From: Podarcis gaigeae
Lineage: Eukaryota
Length of the DNA: 64,000 bases
Direction: 5' to 3' (one strand)
Assembly: GCA_964106915.2 (NCBI GenBank)
Contig: OZ066914.1
Each line of letters starts with the position of its first letter. Position 1 is the stretch's first letter. The notes under the pieces were generated by a model, which made no database searches, was not told the origin of the DNA, and saw only the letters and a list, made by a program, of their open reading frames with translations. A program made the translations under genes and the position numbers. Shown in pieces: positions 43,856 to 55,111 of the stretch.

Positions 43856-45859
43856 ATAAAACCATCAGTAAAGTTGGGGTGAAAATTTGGTAAACACACA
43901 CACACACACACACACACACACTGTCAGCTCTAGGTGCCTGGTTCTGCTTATGTAAACCAGCAATTTCTTTCCTCATTCCACACTATCCTGATCCACAAGA
44001 TTCTATCTTTACAACCCGTGATTTACCAGACACCAATCATAGACCGGTATTTTGTAATTTAAAATCTGGCAATGCTATAATGCCAGCATTTACATTTCCC
44101 AGTATAGATAAATGACTGCCAGTTACCCCAATGGGGCATAAATAAAGTGCTTGTCTGTCTGTATCTCTGAGGCCAGAGAAACCGCACACATCCTCTCTTA
44201 AGATCCCAACACATTGGTGAGCTCTGCTCACCTGCAGCCTGTCATTTGGTGGCATGGAAGTAAAGAAGCCAGCTTCCAAGTACGCCCTCAATATTATGAC
44301 TAGGTGAAAATGTGTAACAGATTTCTGTGGTATTTGTCATGTGGACCTAGAAATGTTTGGAGTTGCCTTATCAAGTCAGACCACTGGTCCACCCAGTTCC
44401 GCACCGGGGCAACAGTCCCCAGGGTTTCAGACAGGCACCTTCCCAGACCTGCCTGGAGATTGGGAACTTCTGCATAGCAAGCAGCACTGTGGTCATTCTC
44501 CAATGCCTATAAAAACAAGGCCACCTTTGTCAGTCACCGAGTACTTGGCTGCACACGTTGGTGAAAAGAAAAGGAGCCATTTGTGTGCAGGGAATCAACA
44601 AGAGATTCTTATCACAGCCAATTCATATAAACTTTGGCACAGAAGAAGCCACTTACCGTAATGCTGCATTAGTACAGTCTGTGACTGGCAGGACCCATGT
44701 GGGCCAAGTGAATGTTACACCAAACACCAGTTATTACAGGTGGTGATATGAAAAGTCTCTGCCAATCCTCAGCTTACGCAATGGTTTGCAATGGGTTGGG
44801 AAAAAACAATATGGTGGCATCCTTTTATGGAGCAACCTGCTATGTATGTGGCAACCAGTTATGTTTTGGAAAGCCAAGGTTTAGGTTTATTAAATTTGTA
44901 TATTGCTCCCCACTAAAAAAAATCCCGAAGTGATTTACAGTAAAAAAAAAATGCAATGAAGAAATTTTAAAAATGGTATTTAAAAACTGATGTAACAATA
45001 TCATATAATATCACTGACGTTGCCGAAATGCCTGGGAAAACAAAACTGTCTTTGCCTCGTGCCAAAACTGGGGAAACCATTCCTCAGAGGCCACATACCT
45101 CAGAAAGATCTGAAGTAGTCTTGTTAAAACAAAGCAAAAAAATCTTCTGACCTATTTTGATAAGGAAATGCTGTGTTGCATATTTAGCTTTTAGTGATGT
45201 GGAAATGTTGAAAAGCTTGTGTGCCAACTGTGTTCATTAATATGTAATGAGGCACAACATCTTGTTTCTACTCCCCCCACCCTGTAATCTTTCTTGCACA
45301 ACATTTAGCCCAGATCAAAATATCAGACAGGTGACAATTCTGGTGCATTTGCCTTCCTACGCCACCCTCAAAGCATTAATGCAAAATAGAGAGAAAGGCA
45401 TTTTATAATCATTTGAATGAAATTGCTTTGTTTTGATTTAGGCTATTGGTCTGTGAGCATCTGCAAGGGGGGCTGTCACTCCCTCTTCCCTGGGATGAAC
45501 CACAATCACTAGATTCCCATCTTTTTTTCTTTTTTTAAAGGGTATAGTTATATAGAGCTATATAGAATCCCACCCCTTCCCCAAGAGCTAGGGGCAAGTA
45601 ACAATATATTTATTAATCTGCCATGCCTCTGGAAATTATATAGCTACAGTATTATAAACAAAAGCCCTTTGTATCACTTCAGGAAGAAAACGCAGCTCGG
45701 GCTTTCAGCAGGGAAGAATTCAAAGTATAAGCATTTTTTTTAATGGCTTGAAAGCACTCAACAGCAGCGAAGGATAAGGATCTTAGCTTGCATACGTAAA
45801 CACTGCACAAGGAGAGCCCGGCAGCTGCTCTGGATGAATTAGCCTGGCAGAGAAGCATG

Positions 45860-46560
45860 GTTTGTATCCCCGCCCGCAATGACGTCCCGAAATGGCGCAA
45901 TCGCCATTCGCGAAAGCTGATTGCCTAACTCTCTCCCTCGGAAGGACAACACCTCCCGGCCTGCCTCTCTACCAACCCCCGCTCTCCACGAGGCCCCTTC
46001 GCAACGGCAGCCGCCTACAACTCCCAAGCGGGGCAGCGGGCCCTCCATCCGCGTCCAGCAAAGGCGTTCAAACCGCGGCCTCTGGCGCGTTGCCTTCTGG
46101 GAGTCGCAGTCCGCAAGCCGGTTGGCGAGAAAGGGGGCTTTGCGCAGCCGCAGCCGCCTTCTCCGCGGCTCCTCCTCAGGGAAGTAGCGCCGCCATTTTC
46201 TCTGGCGGACTGAAGCGAGCGTCGCGTCCGCGCACGGAAGGTAAGCGAGTTTAGTTGGACGCTGGCACCGCCGGCGAGTGCGCGGTTTTCCTCACCCGGG
46301 AGAGGGGCCGAGCCGGAGCAGGGGCGGTTGGGAGAGCGAGGCGACCCGTGGCGTCGGGGGATAAGAGCCAGCGGGCTCCGTTTTATCTGCTGTGGTAAAC
46401 GGAGCGGAGCCAGGCTGCGAGGCCGAAGCTCCGCCTTGCCTGGGCCCTGCGCGGCGCCCGTTCCCTGCATTGGGTCCCGGGTGAGGACTCCCTCTCCCCA
46501 TCCCCCCCCCAGGCGCCCCCTCGTCTTCGTCTCCACTTCTCTCGAGCATCTGCCGTTAAG
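45860..46560 (+). promoter_or_regulatory. CpG-island promoter of the SRSF5-like gene
   Basis: High GC and CpG; CRE-like TGACGTCC at 45880; YY1 motifs AAATGGCG (45890) and GCCGCCATTTT (46189); ZNF143/THAP11-type motifs at 46015-46026 (+) and 46086-46112 (-). Confidence 0.88.
46180..46240 (+). other. SRSF5A: Non-coding exon 1 of the SRSF5-like gene (5' end approximate)
   Basis: Strong donor AAG|GTAAGC at 46240/46241 just after a YY1 site in the CpG island. Confidence 0.7.
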
Positions 46561-47290
46561 ACACTCGTTCTTTTTCCCTTCCCTTTTCCCTCCCTGCCTT
46601 CTGCTCCCGAATCGCTTTTGCATCTCTCCAGATCGGGCCTTGCAAGCGCATCTCAGCAGCCGAACTTTTCATCCATTTCCACTCAGAAGGTAATGATTGA
46701 GACGGACGATAAAGGAGCACATTTGTTTTTGTTTTTAACCCTCCTTACTATCTCCCTCTCTGGACATTTATATTTTTATGTGCACGCGAAATGTCTTTAT
46801 TATTCCGCCCCCGCCCCCCTTTTTTTTTGGTAGGTATGTCTTGAAAAGGAGGCTGAACGGCCTCTGATGCAGGACATCATGAATCCTAAACTTGTTATCT
46901 GCTAAGGTGTTGCCTTATCTACTACCAGCTTCTTCTGGTGGAGCGTAGTGGCTTTTGAGTTACACAAGAGCTCAGCTTGAAGGGTTTCAATGCTCCAACA
47001 CCAGTGGGAGTTGGCGCCAAGTGAGAGATGGTTTTAATTATTTATTTCTATGCAGTGGATGTTTGACTACATGTTTTGAGAGTGTGCATTGGGTACATTT
47101 GTGATAAAACTATACTCTAAAGTTGTTTGCATCTATATTGGCGTGATAGAGTGTTTTAAGAAATATGTTTTAAACACTGTCCTCAGTTGTCTCTTCTGCC
47201 CAACATCTGTGGGACTGAATTTTAGTATTGATATAATAAAATACCTAACGTGAACACAAAAACTTTATTTTTTTTGCAGCTTAGGCTAAA

Positions 47291-47416
47291 ATGAGTGGCT
47301 GTCGTGTCTTCGTTGGACGTCTAAGTCCACATGCTCGGGAGCGAGATGTGGAGAAATTTTTCAAGGGATATGGCCGTATACGTGAAATCAATCTGAAAAA
47401 CGGCTTTGGTTTTGTG
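47291..47416 (+). CDS. SRSF5A: SRSF5-like (SRSF5a) exon 2 CDS, MSGCRVFVGRLSPHARERDVEKFFKGYGRIREINLKNGFGFV (RRM1)
   Basis: tttgcag acceptor at 47279, ATG at 47291, gtaggt donor; RNP2 and RNP1 motifs. Confidence 0.93.
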
Positions 47417-48610
47417 GTAGGTATATTCATATTTAAATATTTTCCTCCCAATCTAGATGACTGTAGGCAGTTACATTGTAACATACAAATCACAGGAAAT
47501 CTGATTAGGCAAAATATCAGAAATGTTAAACTTCCATCTTCTCTTTAACCTTTTAGATCTTTCTGTAAATGGCTCTTAATATGTGCAGACTTCCTCTTTG
47601 AAATTGCTAATATGGTAAAATGGAAGGCTGCTTTTTAGGTAAGAATGAACTAAATTAGCTTTGCAATTAATCATAGCCGTAGGTTGTATATGCCATGGTT
47701 CCGTCACCTGAGCCTCTCCCTCCAACCCAACATTTCTCTCTGCTGCCATTACATTTTCCTTCCTACCCCAAACTCGTAAGAAAAATAAAAATATGGAACT
47801 TAAACTTAAGGTAAATACTCAGGATGGTTGGTTAACGCTCAAAGTTTTAAGTCGGGGAGGGAAGGGGGAAACTGACAGCTTTCTTAATAGAGGTGAACTA
47901 GCCAGGTTTGTATGGTTCTCTTTTTGTACTGGAATTCTCTGTTACAAAACAAGAGAACATACTCTGAACACAAATTACTTACATCTTGAGGGCTTCTTAT
48001 TATTCAGAAATTCCAGCAACCATTAGGTGATTCTTCTTTCAATGAGAAGCACAAAAGGGTTGGTGGGACTCATGTCGTCTTCCTGACCCATGCTATCAAG
48101 CAAGAGGAGAGAGGAACACAGAAAGAAAAGCAGCAGTCTTCTTTTCTGTATTTGCCTATCCAAGCAAACTTAGTGGGGCTGTGGGGATTTGCATTTTCTC
48201 TTCTCTTGCTAGGCAAGCTAGGCAACTTGCCCCTTTGCATCTGCCTAGCTGGGGTAAAGGATACTTGGATTCTTTCTTCCTTTCTCTGAAATAGACAGAT
48301 AGGGAACAAAAGTCCACCCAACTAGTGCACATCCTACCAAACAGAGGATGATAAAGTTCCATTTTGGGGGCAGCATGTGTGACTTTATTCCCCTACTCAA
48401 CAAGCAGGAGACAGGGAACCTAGCTTGCAGCTGTTTTTCCCATGCAGGAGGGGAGAGAAGTAGTTCCATGTGCCACCTCCAAAATGATAGGTAAACAGCA
48501 GAAATCTAGTTATTTCCCCTTTTCTGCAAGGCAGGAAGTTGAATCCCACAGATGGGGTATTCAGAGCTCATGAACAGTGTTAGAAACAGAGATGTGAAAG
48601 CTAGGAGTTA

Positions 48611-49014
48611 CCGTATTTTTAACCCTATAGGACGCACCGGCCCATAGGACGCACCTAGATTTGGGGGGGGGATAAAGGGGGGGGAATTATTTCCCCCACC
48701 CACCCAGGCACGGGGCTGGGGCGGGGGAAGTCCGAGGCCCCCAGAACAGGAGCCAGAGTGATGCCAAAGCTGAGCGCAGCTTCAGCATCACTCTTGGAGC
48801 TTGTGCAACCTTCGGGAGCCCGGCGTGGCTTCACGCCGGGCTCCCTAGGGCTGCGCAGAGCTTTCTGAAGCCTGGAGAGGGAGGGGTCGGTGCGCACCGA
48901 CCCCTGTCGCTCACAGGCTTCAGCAAAAGCCTGTATTCGCCCCATAGGACACACACACATTTCCCCTTCATTTTTGGAGGGGAAAAAGTGCGTCCTATAG
49001 GGCGGAAAATGCGG
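48611..49014. mobile_element. Tc1/mariner-type MITE related to 26589-27842
   Basis: TA TSD, TIRs CCGTATTTTTAACCCTATAGGACGCAC...GTGCGTCCTATAGGGCGGAAAATGCGG. Confidence 0.85.
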
Positions 49015-51353
49015 TAAATGGCACCTTAAGCCTAAGGTTATGGGCGCCACAACAGAATGTCTAGGTAGGTGTTTTTTATACAAAGCTGGAAATGAATGAA
49101 CTGCAGCAAAAAAATCATATATTCATTTTCCATATGGTTTCATCCTCATCTGAAGACTGCAAAAAACAAAGCTATACTTCCTGCCCGCCCTCCTAATATT
49201 CTTATGTGGGTCACTCCAGTCTTCAGAGAGTGGCTGGAAGTGGGGAGACAGAAAAAGGTCTTCCTTTCTTTCCACTTTGCAGACAAGCCCTGGATTCTTC
49301 CTACACCCCCTTTCCTTCATATAAATAAATCTTTTTGGCACCACAATTAGCACACATTACAGGCCTATACAACTGATGGCAGAGTCATCCACCTTGAGTG
49401 TCCAGTTCACAAACCTAAGGCTTCATTGTCCTTCAATGATCCCACTCCAAAATTGGTTTCGATTTTAAGCATCACAGTGAGAGAGTGAGGTAGATAACAC
49501 TTTAAAATGCACTACTTAAACCAAACCTATTTAAATCAATCTGCAAAACTGCCTTTCTGTAAGGCCAGCTGAGAGGTGGAACCTCTCAGCTTGCCTGTAA
49601 TGATCTCTTGGAAGTCCAACAGGGAGGATTTTCTCCTCCCATGCCCTCAGTGCCAGCAGTGGCAGTTTTAATCTTAAATATTAGGTGCAGCACTGCACCC
49701 AGATCTCAGCAACTGCTTACACTAATGAAATTCCCTGTCACAAAACGTGCCTAGAACAACGGGAGTTTTGAACGCTGGTTATGGAGGTTGCATACGTAGG
49801 CTGCGTTCACCCATCACAATAAGTAAGGGTTGATGGATTATAATGGTGTACTGTGAATGTGCACTGTGCTGGTACCTGCAGCCTGATGTCTCCCACTTCA
49901 CTTATCTCTTGACATGAGAGAGAAAGGGAAACCAGGAAGCTGCAGTTGTTGTGACTTCAGATATGGGATCCTGATTTGTCGTTTCCAAACAAGGCAGCAT
50001 CACTGCAGGCCTTTGTTGGCTTGCAGATCCTGACTTGTTTGGAATCTACAAACCAAGGTCTCTAGTTAGATATCACAGAAAGCCAAGCTTATCTACAGGT
50101 TCATGGGTTACTTCTCCACTCACATCAGGAAAAGCAGTCAGGCTTAATGTACCACCACATTGCTCGCTCACCATGAATCATAAGCAAATCTGGCTTCTTG
50201 TGGGAACACTGACATGGTTGTCTTGCATGGAGGCAATATTTACTTGCCCATATTTTCTTTTGAGCATAAGTCTAAATCACAGCAGCAAACAGCAGAACTA
50301 ATGCTTTATTCAACCTGCATGCCATTATGCAGAATGTACAGTTCTCCAAAGCTTGCCAATTAACTTCAGGCATAGGTGGATGAAGTGGGAAGCATAGGAA
50401 AATATCAGGTGTTTTTGTAGTCCCAGACCACTCTGTTAGGCAGGTGTAGCATATTGTGTGAGGCTGTTTGGTCTGAAGACTGATAGGAATTCATCACTAA
50501 ACCACTTCTTCTCATCCTGTGTGATTTGACAGCATGACATGACAGCATAGGTGTGCATGCTGCTGGACACAGTCAACCTGTATCATGAGTCCATGCTCAT
50601 AATAGCACATCATTTCACCTGTATTTGGCAGATTTCCTATATAATGAACTTGCATCGTACAATGGCATGAGATGTTACAGTAGAGGCAAGCATTCTACTG
50701 TATTGGGTGTTTTATTTTATTTTATGTTTTATTGTTTTTCTTATTTAAAATATTTCTACCCTTCCCTATATTTAAATATTTCTTTTAGACTACAGAGCAG
50801 ACACATGTAGGCTAACTGAACTAATGTTCCACAAATGCCTAAGCAAATAGATGTTTTAGTAATTTAATGGTTAATTAGGTAAGTTTTAATTTGTTATTGA
50901 AATGAGTCAGTAGCTTCTGTACCTCAGGGGGGAGGGCATTCCTGACAAGACCCATTGCCATGTTGCCCCAGAAAAGTATCTCCTGCCAGAGGAACACGTA
51001 AGATGAACTCCACAGAACTTCAAGCATGGGCAGGCTTGTTCAGGGAGAGATGACCATCCTCTAATTAGTTTCCAAGTTAGGGTTTGCAATAATTGTTAAC
51101 TTTCTCACATATTCAGTACTCTTGTGCTGATATATACAAGTTGGGTCCAATACATCTTTAGAACCACCTGAGCATGTATAGCCTAGCCCACTCACTAAGA
51201 TCATCTGGAGGAGCATTGTTAATTGTCCTCTGTGTTACAGAGTCATGACTGTAATAAGCTGGAAAAAGGAATGGAAAAAATCCCCTATTATGGCAATAAG
51301 ATTTCACTCTTAAAGAACTGAATACATGATTCATTCCTTCTTTTCCTTCTTAG

Positions 51354-51424
51354 GAATTTGAGGATCACAGAGATGCAGATGATGCTGTTTATGAACTGAA
51401 TGGTAAAGAACTGTGTAATGAAAG
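51354..51424 (+). CDS. SRSF5A: SRSF5-like exon 3, EFEDHRDADDAVYELNGKELCNER
   Basis: tcttag acceptor, gtaatc donor, 71 nt. Confidence 0.95.
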
Positions 51425-51437
51425 GTAATCTTTAATT

Positions 51438-51497
51438 ATCGTAGAATTGTAGGGTTGGAAGGGACCCTGAGGGCCATCTAGTCCAATCCCCTGCAAA
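51438..51497 (-). mobile_element. CR1-type or SINE 3' tail fragment
   Basis: Reverse complement resembles the tail of the SINE at 5407-5549. Confidence 0.65.
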
Positions 51498-53036
51498 GCA
51501 CACAACTAATTGCAGATAAATTGCAATTATGTCTGCTGCAAGTAAATTGGATGGTCTGCTGCATTTGATTTTTTTTAAATCTCTAGTGTGCTTCTTGTGG
51601 GCACAGAAGGCTGGTAGCAGATCAGGATGCAGGATTACTGCCTTACTTTTTCAACTGCTTTCTTTGAAACTGAAGAGCAGAAAAACTGGTGCCTACTGTT
51701 AACAAAAGAGACCTCACAAGAAATAGGGCTTCCTTTGTTTTTGGCAGATTACTAACATCTGTTAATCCTAGATTTGACTCCCTATATTGATCAGAGCATT
51801 CTAATTTGTGTAGTTGGTAACCCTACCAAATATACAGTGTTTTGTCAGGGGCAACCTACCCTTTCCTATGCCTATTCAGTTTACATATATGCCTTACTGA
51901 GACACTAAAAGGTTATATATTTCATTTTTTCAAGAGAGGCAAGGGGAAAGTTTGCACTCAATAAAATGCTTTTTTTCAGCATCTCAAGAGTGGAACTGGT
52001 TTTCCATATGTTGTAGTTTGACCTCTGCCCATCTTTGGGTTTGTTTTATGGCTGACAGCTACCAGCAGCTTCATTCATTTAACTCAGTCTTCAAATACGT
52101 TCTAGAGTCAGTTCTTGATAAAAGGGAGGAGTTTTGCAATGAGAAAAGCGAAGTCCTAATTTGCACAACATCCTTGTCTCCCCCATGAAACTATATTCCT
52201 GAGCATCATTTGTAATTTACCAAAAGCAACTGGACTAAAATTACTATTGTAATTTCAGAAATAAAGTCATTCTAAGGTTTTTCTGTTTTTACCGAGTTTT
52301 CTAGTATTTGTATTAAAGCTACATTGCAAACTTTAAAGAAACACAGGCATCCATAGTTCACTTGCCAGGAACTCTTTGCCAGGATGCCCAGCAGTGTGCA
52401 TGCATGTGCATACTCTTACTAAACTCATTTGCACTACAGGTTGGAGAAGGTAAGAAATAGGGATATTTTCATGTGCAAGATGTCTTCTCTCTCCAGCATT
52501 AGAGTTTGGGAGGGAGTTGGAGTCTTGCCTGTGTATGCAAAGACTTGGTAAGCTAAGAAGAATCAGGCATGTCTCTCCTGCTGCTTCTTAATCATCTTTA
52601 TTCCCCAGCAGAAATGAGAAAAACACCTGCCACCCCACCCAGCTCCATGTAGATGTAGGGTTGGTGGTAAGCACAGCTATTGCTTTGGCCTTCTAGCTAG
52701 CCTCTGTCAACCCCCAAACTAATGCAATTTAAAAGCTGGAAGAAATATGTGATTCTCTCGTATTCAGTCATCTTAAATTGTGTACAATAGATGGATGTAT
52801 GAGGAAGTTAAGATTTGGCAAAAATGAGAGGTTTTTTTGGTTACACACGTCTGAATAGACAAATATTTACTTGTTTTCAAGTACCTCAAAATAGCTACAT
52901 TTCATTTATGGAAATGCTTGGAGGAAGATGCCTATTTGCTTTGTGTATGTTTCCAGTAGAAAAAGATTGATGTGCTAAAGAAGCTATGTCTATTTTTCAT
53001 TTAATATTAATATTTCATTTTCATTTAATATTAAAG

Positions 53037-53129
53037 GGTTACAATTGAACATGCCAGAGCCCGAAGAGGGGGTAGAGGCAGATACCCACAACGGTTCAAT
53101 TATTACCAATCCTATGGGGGTGGATCTAG
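53037..53129 (+). CDS. SRSF5A: SRSF5-like exon 4, VTIEHARARRGGRGRYPQRFNYYQSYGGGSS (RGG linker)
   Basis: ttaaag acceptor, gtaaga donor, 93 nt, phase 2/2. Confidence 0.92.
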
Positions 53130-55038
53130 GTAAGAAATATGTTCTTTTTACTGCAAAGTCACTTGTTAAACAGTTAATTTTAGACTATGAACATTCTCCA
53201 TACACTCAGGATTCTTAACAGTTCACATTTCTAGGGGTAGCTGCATAATATTTTAAGGTGTTCTTAATGAGCTGTGGTTATTTTCCCTACCTTTCATTAC
53301 CTTTTTAGTAAGACCAATACAAGGAATCTTATGCTAACAATCTTTTTGCTGAATTCCATCTACCACCTTCAACTATAAGAAGGAGAGGTGTGTGCTGTTG
53401 AAGTCATTAATTATTGCTGCACCTTGCCTAGTGGGTGTATGGTTAGCACTTGATAGCTTTCATGCCCATTAATATAATTATGATGCACAAGTAGTGTACT
53501 CTCATGCCAGCAGCCAGAGTTTGTTATAGTTTGGTTTCAGCCTGTATTACATTGGTTGTGTACAAGCCTTACTGAATGGAATGGGCTTTGTGTGACTAGT
53601 GCTTAATGGACTGTGCTCCTCTTTGCTTAACTTTGGCTGGGAGCCTAGGGGACTATAGACAAGAACTACGTGTATAAGTTAGTTGTGCTCCAAGGTCAGT
53701 AGAACCTACAACAAAGCAAATATGATGTCTACATAGAAGACACTATAAGGCCAATATTTGTTTGAAATACACAGTCATTATAGAATGTATTTCTGTGATT
53801 CATGTCGGACAGTATATGTGGGGAAATAGTACTTTAAAATATGTTTCTCTCACATTAAACTATTTCACTGTGTCTACCACATCTGCTGTTAAGACATCTG
53901 TTCATGAAATTGTTTAGACACTGTATTGATAATAATTGCTTTGAAATAAAATTTGCATTTTTGCATTTCATTCAGAGGCAGCCTTCTTGCCGTTCTCGTG
54001 CTAAACAGAAACCAAACACATTGGAAACTACTAATTTTGCATATTGAAGTATGCTGTTTAGATTCTCTTTTCTTTAGTGCAGTGATGTTGCTGCAGTAAG
54101 AGTGATCCAAGGTCGAGGCTAAAAGTGAACTTTACTAAAGTAGGATATGTGACTGACGTTCATGGGCATCTTGCATGGTAGTTACGTTCATGACATCAGG
54201 CACATGGTGCCAGACAAGAAGAGACTACTATTTCCAGTAGTGAAAAGTGGGACTCGGCCTGCCAGTTGGGGGATTCTGGAACTTCTTTTAAATGCTCTGA
54301 AGATCTGGATATTCTGAAAATGTGGGGCATTTAGAGGTATGCAAATGAAATGGAGTTGCCTCTGCTTAAATTTCCAAAAGATGCACTTGTTGTTGGTTGA
54401 ATTTCATATTATATAAAAGAGCCATCATTTGGAGTGGATTTTGGTAGCTAGCCTGAACAAACTAATGTACTGTTCTCCAGTTGTTCATACTAGCACTTTA
54501 TATTATTTTGGGGTTTGATGACAGTAAGCCAGATCTTTTATTCATGTAAAATTGGGTAGATAGTGCATCAGCTCCCACAGCTTATTGAAGTACTATAGTG
54601 CTGTAGTAAGCATGCAGTCTCCACAGCCTCATCCTCCTTGGGTGATTCATGCCTGTATGTTCATCATTTGATGTGTGTTCATAGCATATAGGGACTTTGA
54701 AAAATGTTATGTTAGGTGATAGCTTTGAAAGCTGTTTATATGCTGGTTGTTGCACACATGGAGGTCATTGACTGATGAACACACTTGCGTGAACTGCCCC
54801 ATAGTCATTTAGCATGTGTCTTGCAGTATGTGTATATATTCCACTTGCTTTCCCTATTACACACAATAAGCAACTGCCCGGTAGCCTTTCCCCCCATTTA
54901 AATAGAATGCAGTCAAATTTCTAAAACATTTTCTGGTTTACTGAGCAATGTGAAGCAATCTGTCACAGCATAATGCACTTTCATTTTCTGCATGAAGTAT
55001 AAATGAACAAATAATGGAAAAATGTGTTTCTCTTGTAG

Positions 55039-55111
55039 CCAGTATGGACCACCTCTTCGTACTGAACATAGGCTTATAGTTGAGAATCTTTCTTCACGTG
55101 TTAGCTGGCAG
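55039..55111 (+). CDS. SRSF5A: SRSF5-like exon 5, [24 protein letters not shown]
   Basis: ttgtag acceptor, gtgagt donor, 73 nt, start of the SWQDLKD pseudo-RRM motif. Confidence 0.95.

Noticed and set aside
45892-46693. Overlapping ORFs of 85-202 aa
   Set aside because: Stop-poor GC-rich CpG island with low-complexity translations
54081-54317. Possible C/D-box snoRNA (GTGATGT...CTGA)
   Set aside because: C box is imperfect and I see no terminal stem or rRNA guide; a cassette exon fits better
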